64,000 nt of DNA from assembly GCA_043228905.1 (NCBI GenBank), contig JBHGNT010000022.1:8060001-8124000 (forward strand). Reading direction: 5' to 3'. The notes beneath the pieces were generated by a model that saw only the letters and a program-made list of their open reading frames with translations, was not told the DNA's origin and did not search any database. Numbering within the stretch: position 1 is the first letter of the stretch; each line of letters opens with the position of its first letter. This stretch comes from Azolla caroliniana. Its lineage: Eukaryota > Plantae > Polypodiophyta. Of this stretch, positions 63,575-64,000 are shown one piece after another. A program made the translations under genes and the position numbers.

Positions 63575-64000
63575 AGCTTGTATTGTAAGTGTTTATGGTA
63601 ATTATAGAGTTGCTTGTTTCCATGGTTTAAGGTGTGAAGTCTTCAATACTTTTGTATTGTCAGTGTTTATGGTAATTATAGAGTTGCTTGTTTCTATGGT
63701 TTAAGGTGTGAAGTCTTGAATACTTAGTAGCCTAAAGCTTGTTTCTATGGTTTAAGGTGTGAAGTCTTGAATACTTAGTAGCCTAAATATGGCCCAAACT
63801 TATTCAACTATCAAGTCTCTATTGTGTGCACTCAAGTCATTATTCAACTCTAACCATGTGCACTCAAGGAGACCATACTTCGCAAGTATCAATATACATA
63901 TTAGTACTAACGCAAGTATCAATATACATATTAGTTTAGTACTAATGTCAATTGCAAGTATTATGTAATACATAGCAGTCTCCCAATGTCAATTGCAAGT
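63575..64000 (+). repeat. Short tandem duplications downstream of the Sola2-like gene (possible subterminal repeats)
   Basis: ggtttaaggtgtgaagtct x3; cgcaagtatcaatatacatattagt x2; aatgtcaattgcaagt x2. Confidence 0.75.

Larger units (their letters stand above)
58409..64000 (+). mobile_element. Sola2-like DNA transposon (right end outside the window)
   Basis: H LTR homology stops at ctaa|gggtggaagc. A GGG start fits the GRG termini described for Sola2; candidate TSD CTAA. Transposase gene inside. Confidence 0.7.

Overview
Eukaryotic, transposon-dense plant DNA; a seed-free land plant such as a fern or bryophyte is likely, inferred from the TE families only. About 8.7-58.4 kb is nested retroelements: four Ty1/copia copies, four Ty3/gypsy elements (two chromoviruses, one Athila/Tat-like, one tRNA-Trp-primed) and a LINE. 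Matching target-site duplications resolve the insertion order. A decayed Sola2-like DNA transposon fills 58.4-64 kb. The standout is 1-7.9 kb. A Sola1/DUF7869-like DDD transposase on the minus strand is mostly absent from the ORF track because it runs off the window; it has one internal TAG. It sits head-to-head, 366 bp apart, with an apparently intact six-exon gene (969 aa by my manual splicing). That gene fuses a ParB/Srx-like domain to a bacterial-type beta-class N6-adenine/N4-cytosine DNA methyltransferase, and its first intron holds about 20 copies of the palindrome ATCCGATGCA-N-TGCATCGGAT. This could be a transposon-borne DNA-modification/DNA-binding system. Secondary observations: antisense tRNA-like Pol III cassettes in the LTRs of three gypsy families, a Tf1-type self-priming signal, a gypsy element with no polypurine tract, and GATC-containing copia target sites. 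All calls come from reading the sequence by eye; no searches were run.
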